NCBI GenBank assembly: GCA_964016885.1
Contig: OZ024740.1
Coordinates: 43,958,001-44,022,000, forward strand
Direction: 5' to 3'
DNA from: Eledone cirrhosa
Lineage: Eukaryota
DNA length: 64,000 nucleotides
Part shown: positions 26,344 to 39,303 of the stretch, one piece after another
Layout of the letters: each line of letters begins with the position of its first letter
Position numbering within the stretch: position 1 is the first letter of the stretch
Notes under the pieces: generated by a model
What the model saw: the letters and a program-made list of their open reading frames with translations, nothing else
What the model was told of the DNA's origin: nothing
Database searches by the model: none
Program-made: the position numbers and the translations under genes

Positions 26344-26834
26344 AACACTCTCTCCTTTTCACACATTCAATACTTATCATATATTACACCTTGAACACTC
26401 TTACTTTAAACACTATGGACGTTTATCACACATTCAACACTTATATCAAACCCTTATTTTATATTACACCTATTTTATTCATTTCTTCTTTTCCCTTACT
26501 TTTACCTTGAACAATCTCTCTTACATTACATATTCAACACTTATTTCATTTTACCTTATCTTCTACTTATTTTACATATTATTCACTTTTTGACTTCATC
26601 TTTTCCTTAACATTTTCTTTAATTTTACCATCCTGGGCCTTTATCACATACTTTCAACAACAAAATATTTTCACAGCTCTGTTCTATACATTGAGCACTC
26701 GTTTTTTCCTTTGCTTCATCTTCGGAATCACCTAACACATATTTTGTATATATATATATATATGTGTGTGTGTATGTGTGTGTGTGTGCGAGCGCGCGCG
26801 CATGTGTGTGTGTGCATGTGTGCATGTGTGCCTG

Positions 26835-27790
26835 GCCTCTCCGCAACAAAGATATTTTTAACGCATCTGCCTCCTACTACAATGACGCCCTCGCCCGCGG
26901 CGGATTTAAAGAAAAGATAACATACCTACAAACCACCGCAAGATTGCAGAGGAGGACTAGACATAGGCAGATTAGCTGGTACAACCCTCCCTTCAATAGA
27001 GAGGTCTCTACACCGATAGCTAGGATTTTCTTCACTTTGCTGAAATTACACTTCCCCATACAACATAGGTACCACACCATCTTTTGATAAGAACACAATA
27101 AGACTCTCCTACTCCACCACACCTAACCTAACTAGGAATATAGCCAACCACAATTATAAAAAATTAAATAAGCCAACCACCTCCGAACCCAATCCCCGGA
27201 CTGGGGCTCTGTGTAATTGCCTAAATAAGGAAGCATGCCCACTTGAAAACAAATGCCTCACAAATGATATCGTATACAAATGCGATGTCATCTCAGGCAC
27301 CGATGATTGCAAAAAAACTTACATCGGCATGACCTCCAACAACTTTAAGACCCGTTGGTATGCCCATACCCACTCCTTCAGAAGACCGGACAAATCAAAC
27401 CAGACAACACTCGCCTCCTATGTTTGGGACCTCAAAAGGAACTCCACCCCCTTCACACTTAAATGGAAAATACTCCAGAAAGCGCGCTCTTACAACGGGG
27501 GACACAAGGGCTGCGACCTTTGTATCTCAGAGGGCTACGAAATTTTATTCGCCAAGGGCCCGCTACTGAACAAACTCTCTGAACACTGCCCGAACTGCAT
27601 GCACAAGAACTTTGCAACTTTCAAACACTTTAAGCCAGTGTTAAAGCCCGATGGCTAAAAACGACCTCCTCCTATCAGCCCCTATACCTCCTTCCCACCC
27701 TACCCTACCCCTCCTCAACCTGAAATACGGCCACTATGGTTATGTGAGTACCTCTTACCTATCTGCATTTTCTGCTTGTAGAGCTGTTTT
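26835..27790 (+). mobile_element. Second PLE, 5'-truncated (RT thumb + GIY-YIG, ORF ends at 27658)
   Basis: WYNPPFN, CNCLNKEACPL..KCL, YIGMTSNNFKTRWYAH, CDLCISE, CMHK. Confidence 0.85.
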
Positions 27791-28218
27791 TATGTGGCTG
27801 TGTATATGCGTATATTTATTGAGTACTTATTTATTTGTATGTGTATATATTTGTGTGTATGTGTTTGTGTGGTTCTCTCTCTGTGTGTGTATTTATTTAT
27901 TTATTTATTATTTATATATGTGTGTGTGTGTATATATGTGTATATATGTGTGTGTGTGTGTGTATATAGATATATATATATATATATATGTCTGTGTATC
28001 TATATATGTGTATATGTGTATATATATGTGTATATATATATATATGTATGTATATGTGTGTATATGTGTGTGAATATGTGTATATATATGTGTGTATATA
28101 TATATATATATGTGTGTATGTATGTTCGTGTGTGTGTATATGTATGTGTGTATATGTGTGTATATACATGTATATATGTGTATATATGTGTGTGTGTATG
28201 TGTGTATATATGTGTATA

Positions 28219-28263
<45 letters not shown>

Positions 28264-28306
28264 ATATATATATATATATATACATATGTGTGTATGTATG
28301 TGTGTG

Positions 28307-28364
<58 letters not shown>

Positions 28365-28377
28365 TTAGAAACACACA

Positions 28378-29133
28378 GCGAGGTCTGCGACTTATCAAGA
28401 GGATACCTCATTTTACTAGTCTCAAAAACGCGTCTACACGACGTGAGAAAGAATCCCAAAAGGCGGAGGGGGAGATGGTCACGCGATATAACGGTCGAGA
28501 AACAGAGCTAAGCCTCTTATAACCCCGAAGAAAATACCACGGAGGCGGAGGGGGTATTTATATCGAAGCCGTAGAAGAGGTGGTGAAGGAGGCGAGAAGT
28601 ATGAGTAATGGCAGCTTTCAAGCAGTCACTACACTTCAAAGATTACTCAACCAGAGGGAGTTATTAACAATATATTTAGAAACACACAGATACATGTGGA
28701 CACACACATATACATGAATGCATCCACACCCAACTGTGAGTTAAGGATGCCAACCTCACCGATGTTGCTCAATGAATGACTGGGACAGACCAATCCAGTT
28801 GAACTAGACTGAACCAGTATCAGAGTTAAAAATACATTATGAAAAGAGAAGAAACATTTAGATATAATTAGTAATAAAATGTATCATACCTAAACTGCTC
28901 CTAGATTCCTCGACTACGTAGTTTCGTGGCATAAACAAAAACAATACATCATAAAGATATAGAGTCCTTGCGAGGTCTGCCGACTTATCAAGAGGATACC
29001 TCATTTTACTAGCCTCAAGAACGCGTCCACACGACGTGAGAAAGAATCCCAAAAGGCGGAGGGGGAGATAGTCACGCGATATAACGGTCGAGAAACAGAG
29101 CTAAGCCTCTTATAACCCCGAAGAAAATACCAC
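28378..29133 (-). repeat. Module with about 163-bp direct repeats (28378-28540, 28970-29133), no ORF, carrying a hammerhead (retrozyme/pseudo-LTR-like)
   Basis: Direct repeats seen in sequence; embedded between TA/TG microsatellites. Confidence 0.7.
28907..28996 (-). ncRNA. Type I hammerhead ribozyme with U3:A8 covariant core
   Basis: tcctc-TTGATAA-g..ggca...tgcc ac-GAAA-ctacgtag-TC-gagga. Confidence 0.65.
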
Positions 29134-29655
29134 ATATATGTATATGTGTGTGTGTATATATGTGTATATGTGTATGTGTGTGTGTTTATGGGTGCGCGCG
29201 AGTGTGTGAGTGAATGTGTTTTGTGAATGTGTCTGTTGATTTTTGGCATATAGTTGAATAGTTTAAGAGAAATTTGAAGATAATTGTATGATATGCACTC
29301 AATATTTTGAATTTGTCTACAGAATCCTCTAAACCTTTGTCACTTAAAGAATTTAGCTTTTAAAGAATCTCCCTTTCCTTTAAATCTATCTACCATGACT
29401 GACCGCCACTGATCTTATAGACACCTGTTAGCTTAAGTGAAACTTAATAATAAGGATTGGCATGCCATCCTGAACCTGTTTATAGAATTCTTTCTGCCTT
29501 TGTTACTCTAAAAATAAAAATAAACTATAGCTTTGTAGAATAAGCTTTTAATGAATTCCCTTTTCTATCAACCAATGACCTACACCCATCCCATTCCCCA
29601 CCCTCTCCTACCACTTGTAGAGACCTATAAATACCATACTTCTTTTTTGATACCC

Positions 29656-29706
29656 AGATTCCTGATGATTTCTAAAGAATGAAACAGTTCTAGTCCTGTA
29701 GAATCT
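29656..29706 (+). ncRNA. Type I hammerhead ribozyme
   Basis: agattc-CTGATGA-t ttc taaa gaa t-GAAA-cag...ctg-TA-gaatct. Preceded by TATAAA (about 29626) and followed by ATTAAA and (TA)n. Confidence 0.8.
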
Positions 29707-29883
29707 CATCTATATTAAAACTTTTATACTCTGCAATGTATTGAGTACCTTACTTACTGTGGTTACCTCCGATTCAACCCGGAATAACATATATATATAG
29801 AGAGAGAGATGTGTGTGTGTGGGTATGTGTGTATGTATGTATATATATATATATGTATGTGTGTGTATGTATATGTGTGTATA

Positions 29884-32800
29884 TCTTCTATATATATATA
29901 AAACGGAAGATGTCTGTGTGTGTGTGTGTGTATGGTTTTACCACATTTCCACATTTCCACATTTCCACATTTCTCTAGCGATTTTGATGATTTTTTTCCA
30001 ATGTGCTCCAAATTTACCAAGGATAATCAACGCGTAATAAAGTTTGCCAAAAAGTTCATGCTTCTATGAAAAAAATCGATAAAACTAAATACATGCTGTA
30101 ACCCTCTCTCTTACACGCTTATTCACACTGTCTACTACCATCAACAATCTATGAACTACATACGCGTACATGTTGCAACTCTCTTTAAAAGGTTCATTCC
30201 TCCCTCTACTCCACTGTCAATCTCCTCTGCAACTCTCTTTAAAAGGTTACTGCCTCCGTCTACTATCCTATCACCATTACAGTTTACAACAGCGACAAAA
30301 CTTCTTTGCAAGGAACGCGACACAAACTTTGAAAACTAAGCACCACATCAATTTATACAACAAACATAGCTTTACTCTCTCAGTCGCTCTTCCCTCTCTC
30401 TAAAATAGATTATTCCTCTCTCTATAATTTAACTGCTTTACTCTCTTCACGCTTCGAGGTTTAACACACCTCCTTATGATTTCTTAGCTTTACTCTCTCT
30501 GTCGCTTTTCCCTCTCTCTATAATAGATCATTACCCTCTTCGTTCAGGAACACGAAATAAACTTTGATAACTAAGCAACACATCAATTTATACAACAACA
30601 AACAGTCATAACGACGTTCATGCATCAAATAACAAAACTTAAAAAGCAGATAACACTAAATACATATTCCTCTCTCAACGTTACATTTTACACACTTACA
30701 TTCTATATCAAATAACAAATATTCAAAAGCAACAGATGAATTTATAAAACAACAAACGTAATCATAACGACGCTTAAGCATTCATTTACTTGAATCTCAA
30801 CAAAGACATATTTTATTGTTGTCCCTTTTGTAATTTTTTTCTTTATTTTTCGCAATATGAGACAAACAATAATGAGAAAACTTTTTTCAGGAACCTCCGA
30901 TTTCGATTATTTATTTTCCAGTGTGCTCCAAAATATCGTCCCTGTTTACGCTCTTTTGTGCTATAACTCAGATGGGCCTGGCTTACAGGTTTGACCTATT
31001 ATTTAAACCTGTAAGCCAGACCCGTCTGAGTTATAGCAAACAGTTGGCGGTGCACCTTAAAAACGGTCAAAGAGTCTACTTCACCGCCTCCACCGCTGCT
31101 GAGATAGCAGAGGAACTCGAGGACACCACACTTACGGCATTTTTGAAGTGATGCCGAAACGATCCCTTCGCCAAGACCCTCTTCTACTCTCAGGTGCCAT
31201 CATACTACACATGGAACACAGACAACAGAATTTGGTTAAGAAGGGTGAAAGCACAACCCGTCGAGGGACATCCAGATATTAAAATGTCTCCTACCCTTGG
31301 GAGAGTGTACACCATTCATCCTAACTAACAGGAACTCTTTTATCTCTGCTTGCTACTGTATGAGGTGGTAGAACCGACATCTTTCGACGATCTGAAAACA
31401 ATCAACGGAAAGGTTTGTACTTCATTACGCGCAGCCTGCCTTAGACGGGGTCTACTGGAAGATGGCGCTCAGTGGGATGCGACATTGGCGGAGGAAGCTA
31501 CAATACGCTCAGCGCGAACTCTTCGGCAACTCTTTGTAGTGCTACTGCAGACTTGCGAGTTAAGCGACCCTGTATCCTTATGGTACAAATACAAAGAGGT
31601 CCTTTCCGATGCTACATATACCAAGGACAACTGTTACTCCCTCATTCCGACGTACGACTCAGCGACGAATTCTTCAACAAAGCTCTCATTGACATCGAGG
31701 ACAAAATCCTAACTGCCGGCGGAAATGACCTTCCATTCTATGGACTGCCAAAAGTTCAGCTAACGGGCTCAGACAAACTTCCGCGGGCATAATTCAGGAA
31801 ACTGCCTACGACGTCGACGCCCTCGAACTGTTCATCAACGAAAACGAGCCGAAATTTTTGCAAAACCAACGGCAGGCGTATGACACAGTTTGCACTTCCA
31901 TTCGTCAACGCAGTGGAGGTATCTTCTTTTTGGACGCCCCAGGAGGAACTGGTAAAACATTCGTCAATAAACTGCTCCTCGCCAAAGTGCGACAGCAGAA
32001 AGGAATCGCCCTGGCTGTGGCTTCTTCTGGCATTGCCGCAACTCTGCTGCCCGGAGGTAGGACAGCTCATTCCACATTTAAACTGCCATTCAACACGACT
32101 TCAGACGACACAATAACCTGCAATATCACCAAGGACTCTGACAAAGCGGAAGTCTTGAAAATATGCCACCTAATTGTGTGGGACGAATGCACAATGGCCC
32201 ATAAAAGGTCCCTTGAGGCGTTAGACATGACCCTACGAGACATCAGGGAATGCAACCGGCCGATGGGAGGAGTACCTCTACTGCTGTCTGGCGATTTTCG
32301 ACAAACTCTTCCAGTTTTTCCAAAAGCCACCAGGGCCGACACTGTGGAGGCTTGCATTAAGTGATCTCCCCTGTGGCAGGAAGTGACAATTCTGACCCTC
32401 ACAACAAACATGAGAGCTCAACTGCTCGACGACCACTCATCAGCCGACTTCACATAGGACCTCTGAACAGTTGGTGACGGCACTGCACCTTCAGATGAAG
32501 CTGGAGAAATGGCAGTCTCGGAAGTAGGCACCGTTGTCGACAATGTTGACGACCTCACAGCCTCTGTCTTTCCCAATATGGCGACCAACTACAAAAACAT
32601 GAGTTGGCTGTGTGATAGAGCCATATTGGCTCCCAAAAATGTCTCCGTTGCAAAAATCATTGAGGACCTTCTGCAACGCATTCCCGGAAACCTCCGTACC
32701 TACAAATCTGTGGTCAAAGTTGTGGACAAAGATGAGGTTGACGATTTTACCACAGAATTCCTCAGTTCCTTGGACCTCTCTGGACTGCCACCTCATGAAC

Positions 32801-33398
32801 TGCGCGTCAAAGTTGGGACTCCAGTCATGCTGTTGAGGAACCTGGAACCATCACGTCTCTGCAACAGAACACGGTTAGTGGTAAGAAACCTCCTGCCGCA
32901 TGTAATTGAAGACACAATTCTCACGGGATGCGGCGCTGGAGAAAACGTCTTCATACCCAGAATACCATAAATTTCATCAGGTATGGAATGCCCCTGTAAT
33001 CTGCGCCGACATCAATTCCCCGTTAAACTTGGCTCGCGATGTCAATCAACAAGTCCCAAGGCCAAACGCTATCAACGGAAGCCTCCATTTAGCCCAGCCG
33101 TGCTTCTCACACGGCCAATTATACGTCGCATGCTCAAGAATAGGATGCAAGCAGAAATTATTCATATTTGCGCCCAAAGGCAGAACAAAAGATGTGGTCT
33201 ACAGAGAGGTGTCGTGACTCCTCTATTCAGCACCACTACAGTCTTGCTGGTCTGACATATGGTGAGTAGATACTATTGTTGTATATTTTCAAACTTACCC
33301 GTATTTACTTTCAATGCCTCAATAATCATAATTGAGTGGAATCATTAAAAGCACTTTAAAGCAATTAAACTCCGAGCAACGCCGGGCACTTCTGCCAG
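29884..33398 (+). mobile_element. Helitron, internally deleted (Rep domain absent), retaining PIF1 helicase
   Basis: A|TCTTCTATATATATATAAAA 5' end; 3' hairpin CCGAGCAACGCCGGG plus CCAG|T (decayed CTAG); helicase motifs inside. Confidence 0.85.
31030..33217 (+). pseudogene. Helitron PIF1-family helicase (stops/frameshifts)
   Basis: LAVHLKNGQRVYF, FLDAPGGTGKT (Walker A), IVWDECTM, GDFRQTLPV, MLLRNL, FSHGQLYVACSR. Confidence 0.9.
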
Positions 33399-33447
33399 TA
33401 TATATATATATTTATATATATGTGTTGTTATACTTTGGGAGGGTCAT

Positions 33448-34037
33448 GTGTGCTCAGTTTGCGCATGCGCCACATCCGGGTGTCTGTGTGTGTTTGTGTT
33501 CATTTATCTATTTGTTTATTTATTTATTTATTTACATGTTGCTGGTTGGTTGTTTGTTCTATGTGTGTGTGTGTTTTCATTTTGTCCTTAATTGTAAGTT
33601 GTGATGTTGCTGTTCCACTCATATTTTCTATTTAATTTTGGTTGTAATTCTTTTATGCTTACTGCCTCTGTAATTTGCCTGAAGATTGCATCTTTTCTGT
33701 GTGTGGATTCTATTTTTATTTTTATTTTTATTTTTATTTCTATGTTTATTTCTATGAACATAGAAATAAAAATAGAATCCACACACAGAAAAGATGCAAT
33801 GTTCAGGCAAATTACAGAGGCAGTAAGCATAAAAGAATTACAACCAAAATTAAATAGAAAATGAGTGGAACAGCAACATCACAACTTACAATTAAGGACA
33901 AAATGAAAACACACACACACATAGAACAAACAACCAACCAGCAACATGTAAATAAATAAATAAATAAATAACAAATAGATAAATGAACACAAACACACAG
34001 AGACACCCGGATGTGGCGCATGCGCAAACTGAGCACA
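33448..34037. repeat. Fold-back with about 270-bp arms (33448-33717 / 33765-34037): inverted 5' duplication of a truncated PLE
   Basis: Arms are reverse complements with a few substitutions/indels; (ATTTTT)n reiteration at the centre. Confidence 0.92.
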
Positions 34038-34260
34038 CAACACACACACAGAAACAAAATGGCGTAGGACAGAAGAAAGGAAAGGCACAGAAACAAAGAA
34101 AGGAATCCCCAGTTACTGAAGAGGTCACAGAGTGTGTGACGAAAGGACTATGACTATATATAAACAACTATCTGGTTGTGGAACCAACCAACCAACCAGA
34201 AATTTATAAGTTTGTAGATTTGTAAATTTATAAATTTATAAATATATAATAAATTGAAGT
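33765..34260 (+). mobile_element. 5'-truncated PLE remnant: GIY-YIG C-terminus + pseudo-LTR with hammerhead and AATAAA
   Basis: RQITEAVSIKELQPKLNRK(Y)EW motif, hammerhead-like fold at 34111-34155, AATAAA at about 34248. Confidence 0.6.
34111..34155 (+). ncRNA. Minimal type I hammerhead-like fold
   Basis: agtta-CTGAAGA-g gtcac...gtgac-GAAA-ggac-TA-tgact; stem III is an imperfect palindrome. Confidence 0.5.
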
Positions 34261-34844
34261 GAAAGCAACTGGTGCGTGTGTTTCTTATTGGCAACATGAC
34301 CCTCCCAAAGTATAACAATATCGGTTTTAACACACGATTTCAGATAAAGAATCTTGCTAAACAAATTCAGAAACGAAATATATATATGTGGTTGCGTGTG
34401 TACGTATATATGTATATATGTGGTTATATGTGTGTTTCATTTGTATTTTTGCATGCTCCAAGCTGTTTATACTTCCACTGGACACATACATGCATGTATC
34501 TATTTGTAGTGTTGTGTATGTGATTGTATTTATGTATAACTGTATGTGTGTGACGTCTACGTATCATTTCGTATATACATATATATATATCTGTGTGTGT
34601 GTGTGTGTGTTCGCATATGTATGTTTTTGCAGACTAGTGTGTCTATACACTTGTGTCTGTGCCATATATACATATATATGTATGTGTGTATGCATGTATG
34701 TGTATATATATATATATATGTATATGATATATGCGAGTGTGTATAAGTATTTGTATATGTCTGTATGTATATCTGTATATATGCGTAGGTATATGTGTAT
34801 GTCCGTGTACATGTATGTTTGTGTGTGTATATATATATATATAT

Positions 34845-37800
34845 GATTTTATCATTTATTTTGTTTGACCTGTTTAGCTTGACTTGTTTTTTGCTTAGGT
34901 GGTTAATGCCTTCTTGACCACTTTTTCAGTTTGTATGGTGTTTTAACATTGTTTAGCTCTGGTTTTTTAACTATGGAGCGCTTGCCACCATAACTCTGAT
35001 TTTGCGTTTCGTTTCGCTTTTTCTACCCGCCGAAATACGATTCTCGCTTTTTATTTTTTTTTACCTTTGTGTGAAGGGCCCCCTGTTGTTGTCACAACAC
35101 CTTTCTAGGAGAGGGAAACTCTGAAAAAAAACCTGCGGCTTTGGAAGCATCCGATGATGTTGACCAGTTCTCCTTTTCGGGTTTCGGGTAGTTTTTTCGA
35201 TGCTCAGAGAGTGGGATTGGTCGCGTGCAAGGCCTTTCCCCACTTAAAAAAACCTTCAAAGCACAGTCATCGCTTGTTCAGGATCTGTTACAGGTTCGTG
35301 TGGCTGGCCATAGCCTAAAAGTGCACCAAACTCTATGATGACAGATGATAACCTTGAGGTCAATGGCAGTAAGGGCTCTGTAACTTATTGTGAAGGGGTC
35401 TGGCCCGGCAGATGTCCCATGGCACAGCAGCGTGGGCCCGGTCGTCATCCTACAACTGCAAGCAGATTCAAACCTCTGAATATTGGATGTTGGAATGTAA
35501 GAACTTTACTGGATTCCCAGTCCAGTAAAACTCGCCCTGAAAGATCTGCTTTGGTGTCGAGGGAACGCGATCGCTATAGCATGGACATCGTTGCTCTTTC
35601 AGAAACGAGATTGGCAGGTGAGGGTCAATTCACAGAACAGAAGGGAGGATATACCTTCTATTGGAGTGGTGGAGCAGAGGGTTGTAGGAGAGAGGCAGGG
35701 GTCGCATTTGCAGTCAGGAATGGAATCGTCTCAAAGCTGGAAAATCTTCCTTGTGTATTCAATGATCGGATAATGTCCATGAGAGTCCCTCTGATTCAAA
35801 ACCGCTTTGTGACTCTGGTCAGTGTGTACGCTCCTACTATGTGTGCTAGTGATGATGAAAAACTAAGTTTCTACATGTCTTTGAGAGAGGTCATCCATGT
35901 ATACCTTATGCAAACAAGATTGTCATCCTTGGTGATTTTAATGCACGTGTTGGTAATGACTGGGAAGCTTGGAGTGTGATGGGCAGGCATAGAGTAGATA
36001 CGTGCAATAACAATGGCCTACTTCTGTTGCAGATGTGCACTGAGATGGGTCTTGTTGTTGGGAACACGCTCTTTCAACAGAAAGACAAATATAAGGCAAC
36101 TTTGATGCATCCAGGTTCCAAGAAGTGGCACCTTATTGACTTTGTTTTAACGAGAAAACATGATATCAGGGATATCACATTGGTTCGTGTATTGTGAGGC
36201 GCGGAATGTTGGACTGATCATCGTCTGGTGCGCACCAAGTTTCAAGTTGTTGTGAAGACCAAAGTAAGGGGGAAGAAGGTTGCACTTCCAAAAAAACTAA
36301 ACGTGGCTCGTCTGAAAACAGAGAAAGTCAGAGCTGAGCTGTCGAGGTCTCTTGAGTCCATGGAATGTGAACACACTTGGGAATCATTGAAGAAAACCGT
36401 CTATGATGTTAGTGCTGGAGTTTTGGGTCATACCAATAGAAAGCATAAAGACTGGTTCGATGAAAATGATCCAGTGATCCAGACCTTGCTTGAAGAGAAA
36501 CAAAAAGTGCTGACATCATTATTGTGTGAGACACGTTCTGACGGGAGTGACCGGACCTTCAGGCAGATCAAGGCACGTCTGCAACATCGATTGAGAGTCA
36601 TGCAGGATACCTGGTGGAGCCAAAAGGCTGATGAAATCCAGAAGGCCTCAGATAGACATGATACAAAGCTTTTATACAGTCTGCTCAGGTAGGTGTATGG
36701 TCCGACCGGTTCACACATATCCCCACTTCGCTCCGGGGACGGCAAGGAATTGCTCAGAAATCCGAAGGAAATCCTGATCAGGTGGCATGACCACTTTGAT
36801 GAGCTTCTCAACAGACCATCAGAAATTGATGATGAGTTCATCTGGTCGATTCCATCCAGACCTACAAAGCTGGCAATGGCTGATCCTCCTTCATTTGATG
36901 AGGTGGCGAAGGCCATTACCAAATTAAACAGCGGCAAGTCACCTGGAATGGATGGACTGAGTGCCGAGATTTTCAAGTGTGCTGGTGATAACTTCTTAAA
37001 CCGCCTCACTGATCTCTTTGTGAATGTTTGGAATGAAGAAGATGTGCCACAGGATTGGAAATAAGCATTGATGGTGGTACTTTACAAAGGAAAGGGAGCC
37101 AAATATTACTGTGGAAACTACAGATGTATTTCACTGCTATCTGTGGCTGGGAAGATCTTGTGCAGGATATTGTTGGACAGCACATTGCAGTTGAGGTACT
37201 TCCTGAGTCCCAATGTGGCTTTAGGAATGGCAGAGGCACTGTTGACATGATCTTCTCGACCAAACAACTTCAAGAGAAATGCATTGAGCAGCGCATGGAC
37301 TTATACTAAGTTTTTGTCGATCTGACCAAGGCATTTGACACCGTTAATCGGAAGGCTTTGTAGGTTATTTTGGAGAGATTGGGCTGTCCTGAAAAGTTTG
37401 TGAACATTCTGAAACTCTTCCACGATGACATGCAGGCATGGGTGAATGTTGGAGGTAAACTGTCAGAGCCAATCTCGGTTGAAAATGATGTCAAGCAGAG
37501 TGATATACCTGCACAGACTTTGTTTGCCTTGTATTTCGCGATAGTGTTCTTCATGGCCTTCAAGGATTGTCAACACGGTATCTATCCCAGATATCGCACT
37601 TCCGGCGAGCTGTTTAACCTTAGGCGTCTCACTGCCAACACTAGGGTACTGAGTACCTTGATCAGAGAATTTTTATACGCAGATGATTGTGATCTCTTTG
37701 CACACTCCAAGAGTGACATACAACACCTTATGGATTCTTTTTCCAATGCGTGCAGTGCTTTGAGACTGACAATCAGTCTGAAGAAGACTGTCGTCATGTA

Positions 37801-38800
37801 CCAACCTGCTCCGGATAAAGTTTTCAATGAACCCTCCATACACGTATACGGTCAAAAACTGAAAGCTGCTGACACATTTGTGTATTTGGGGAGTACTCTC
37901 AGTATGACCTGCTCTCTGGATGCAGAAGTTCGTCTACGTGTTAGTAAGGCAAGTGAGTCATTTGGAAGGCTCAACGACCGTCTTTGGTGCAGGCGAGGAA
38001 TCACAATGAGGACCAAGGTGAGAATGCATGCTGCATGTGTACTGTCAGCTTTGCTGTATGCATGTGAGACATGGGTTGCCTACAAACGGCATATCCACAG
38101 ACTGGAACGGTTTCACCAGCAATGTCTCAGAAAGATGCTCGGTATCAAGTTTCAGATGCATGTGAGAGAAGTGATGTCGGAGCATTGGGGGTATCAGCCA
38201 CCAACGGCGTTTGCGATGGACCGGACACCTCTGCTAAATGGAGGATGATCGAATCCCAAAACAACTCTTGTATGGCGAGCTTTGTGAGGGTAAGAGACCA
38301 CCTCACAAGCCAAAACTCCGATTCAAGGATTGTGTAAAGGACTCGTTGAAAAAAACTGGTTTGATGATGGCTGACTGGGAGATAGAAACTGTTGAAAGAG
38401 AAACTTGGCGTGGAATGGTTAATGATGGCCCCATAATTTTGAGGACAGACGCATAGAGCACGAGAAGATCAAACGGGATGTGCGTAAGCAATACCCTGGT
38501 GTATCTCTCGAAACGATCGGTGTCTAATTGAAGTGCCCTGAGTGTGGAAAAATTTGCTCGGGCAAATCTGGTCTGAGGAGCCACAGTCGCAGCAATGTTC
38601 AAAGAGAACCAGTGAAGTATGATCCCCATGGTATTGTGAGGGTTCACGGGCAACCTGATGCAGGACCTCAAGCCAGGGAGATCCATAGTTATCGTCAGTG
38701 TGTGAAGGAGTGCCAGTCTCTAGCAGGCTTGAAAAGCCATATCCGAGCGTCCCACATCTGAATCTGACAAGCGATTGCAATACTCTTGGCAGCCATCATG
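34845..38800 (+). mobile_element. Near full-length RTE-clade LINE inserted in a (TA)n tract of a PLE pseudo-LTR copy
   Basis: 5' UTR, APE-RT single ORF remnant, 3' end GCAGCCATCAT. The flanks rejoin to match 23135-24070. Confidence 0.9.
35335..38761 (+). pseudogene. RTE ORF: AP endonuclease + RT + C-terminal C2H2 zinc fingers (disrupted)
   Basis: CWNVRTL, ALSETRL, VYAPT, WTDHRLV, KSPGMDG, PESQCGFR, DLTKAFDTV, YADD, LLYACETW, CPECGKIC...LRSH, and a decayed second finger QCVKEC...LKSHIRASH. Confidence 0.9.
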
Positions 38801-38996
38801 TATATATACATATATATTTTTTCATTTTATATGGATGTGTATATGTGTGTGTATATGTGTTTATACATATGCCTTTTTCTATATTGCTATAGATTTTTAT
38901 TTTTTATATATTATTTTTCTTACCCTTCTTTTCTTATGTATATTTCAATTTTTAACTGATTTTAAATTTCATTTCATATCTGTTATCTATAACATC

Positions 38997-39062
38997 TCTG
39001 TCTGACAACCGATCCAGACGTGTATTATTATTGTCTGTGATCCAGAAACCTTTGGTAATGGA
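38997..39062 (+). ncRNA. Hammerhead copy with mutated core (CTGACAA), likely inactive
   Basis: Paralog of 23966-24031 with G8->A and C3 unchanged. Confidence 0.5.
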
Positions 39063-39094
39063 GTAGTTATATTTTGTGTTGTTCACTCTATAAT

Positions 39095-39131
<37 letters not shown>

Positions 39132-39303
39132 TTTCTCATATTTTTCATATATATTTTCCTCCGCTATGACCCGTCCGTTTCTTTCTACTGCTTCCCCTTT
39201 TCTCTGTATCTCTCACTTCCTTTTACCCCCTCTACCAGTCACTCTCTCTGTTAGCCTCTTCCTCACACTCTCACTCACTCACTCTCTGCTACTCCCTCTC
39301 CTA

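Larger units (their letters stand above)
23135..26620 (+). mobile_element. Penelope-like element (Nematis-like RT motifs, from memory): microsatellite-rich pseudo-LTR with hammerhead, then RT-GIY-YIG pseudogene
   Basis: The 23135-24070 module recurs at 34380-34844 plus 38800-39100. Hammerhead at 23966-24031; degenerate ORF follows. Confidence 0.8.

Noticed and set aside
31030-33217. Cellular PIF1 gene
   Set aside because: It is intronless, disrupted and bounded by Helitron termini.
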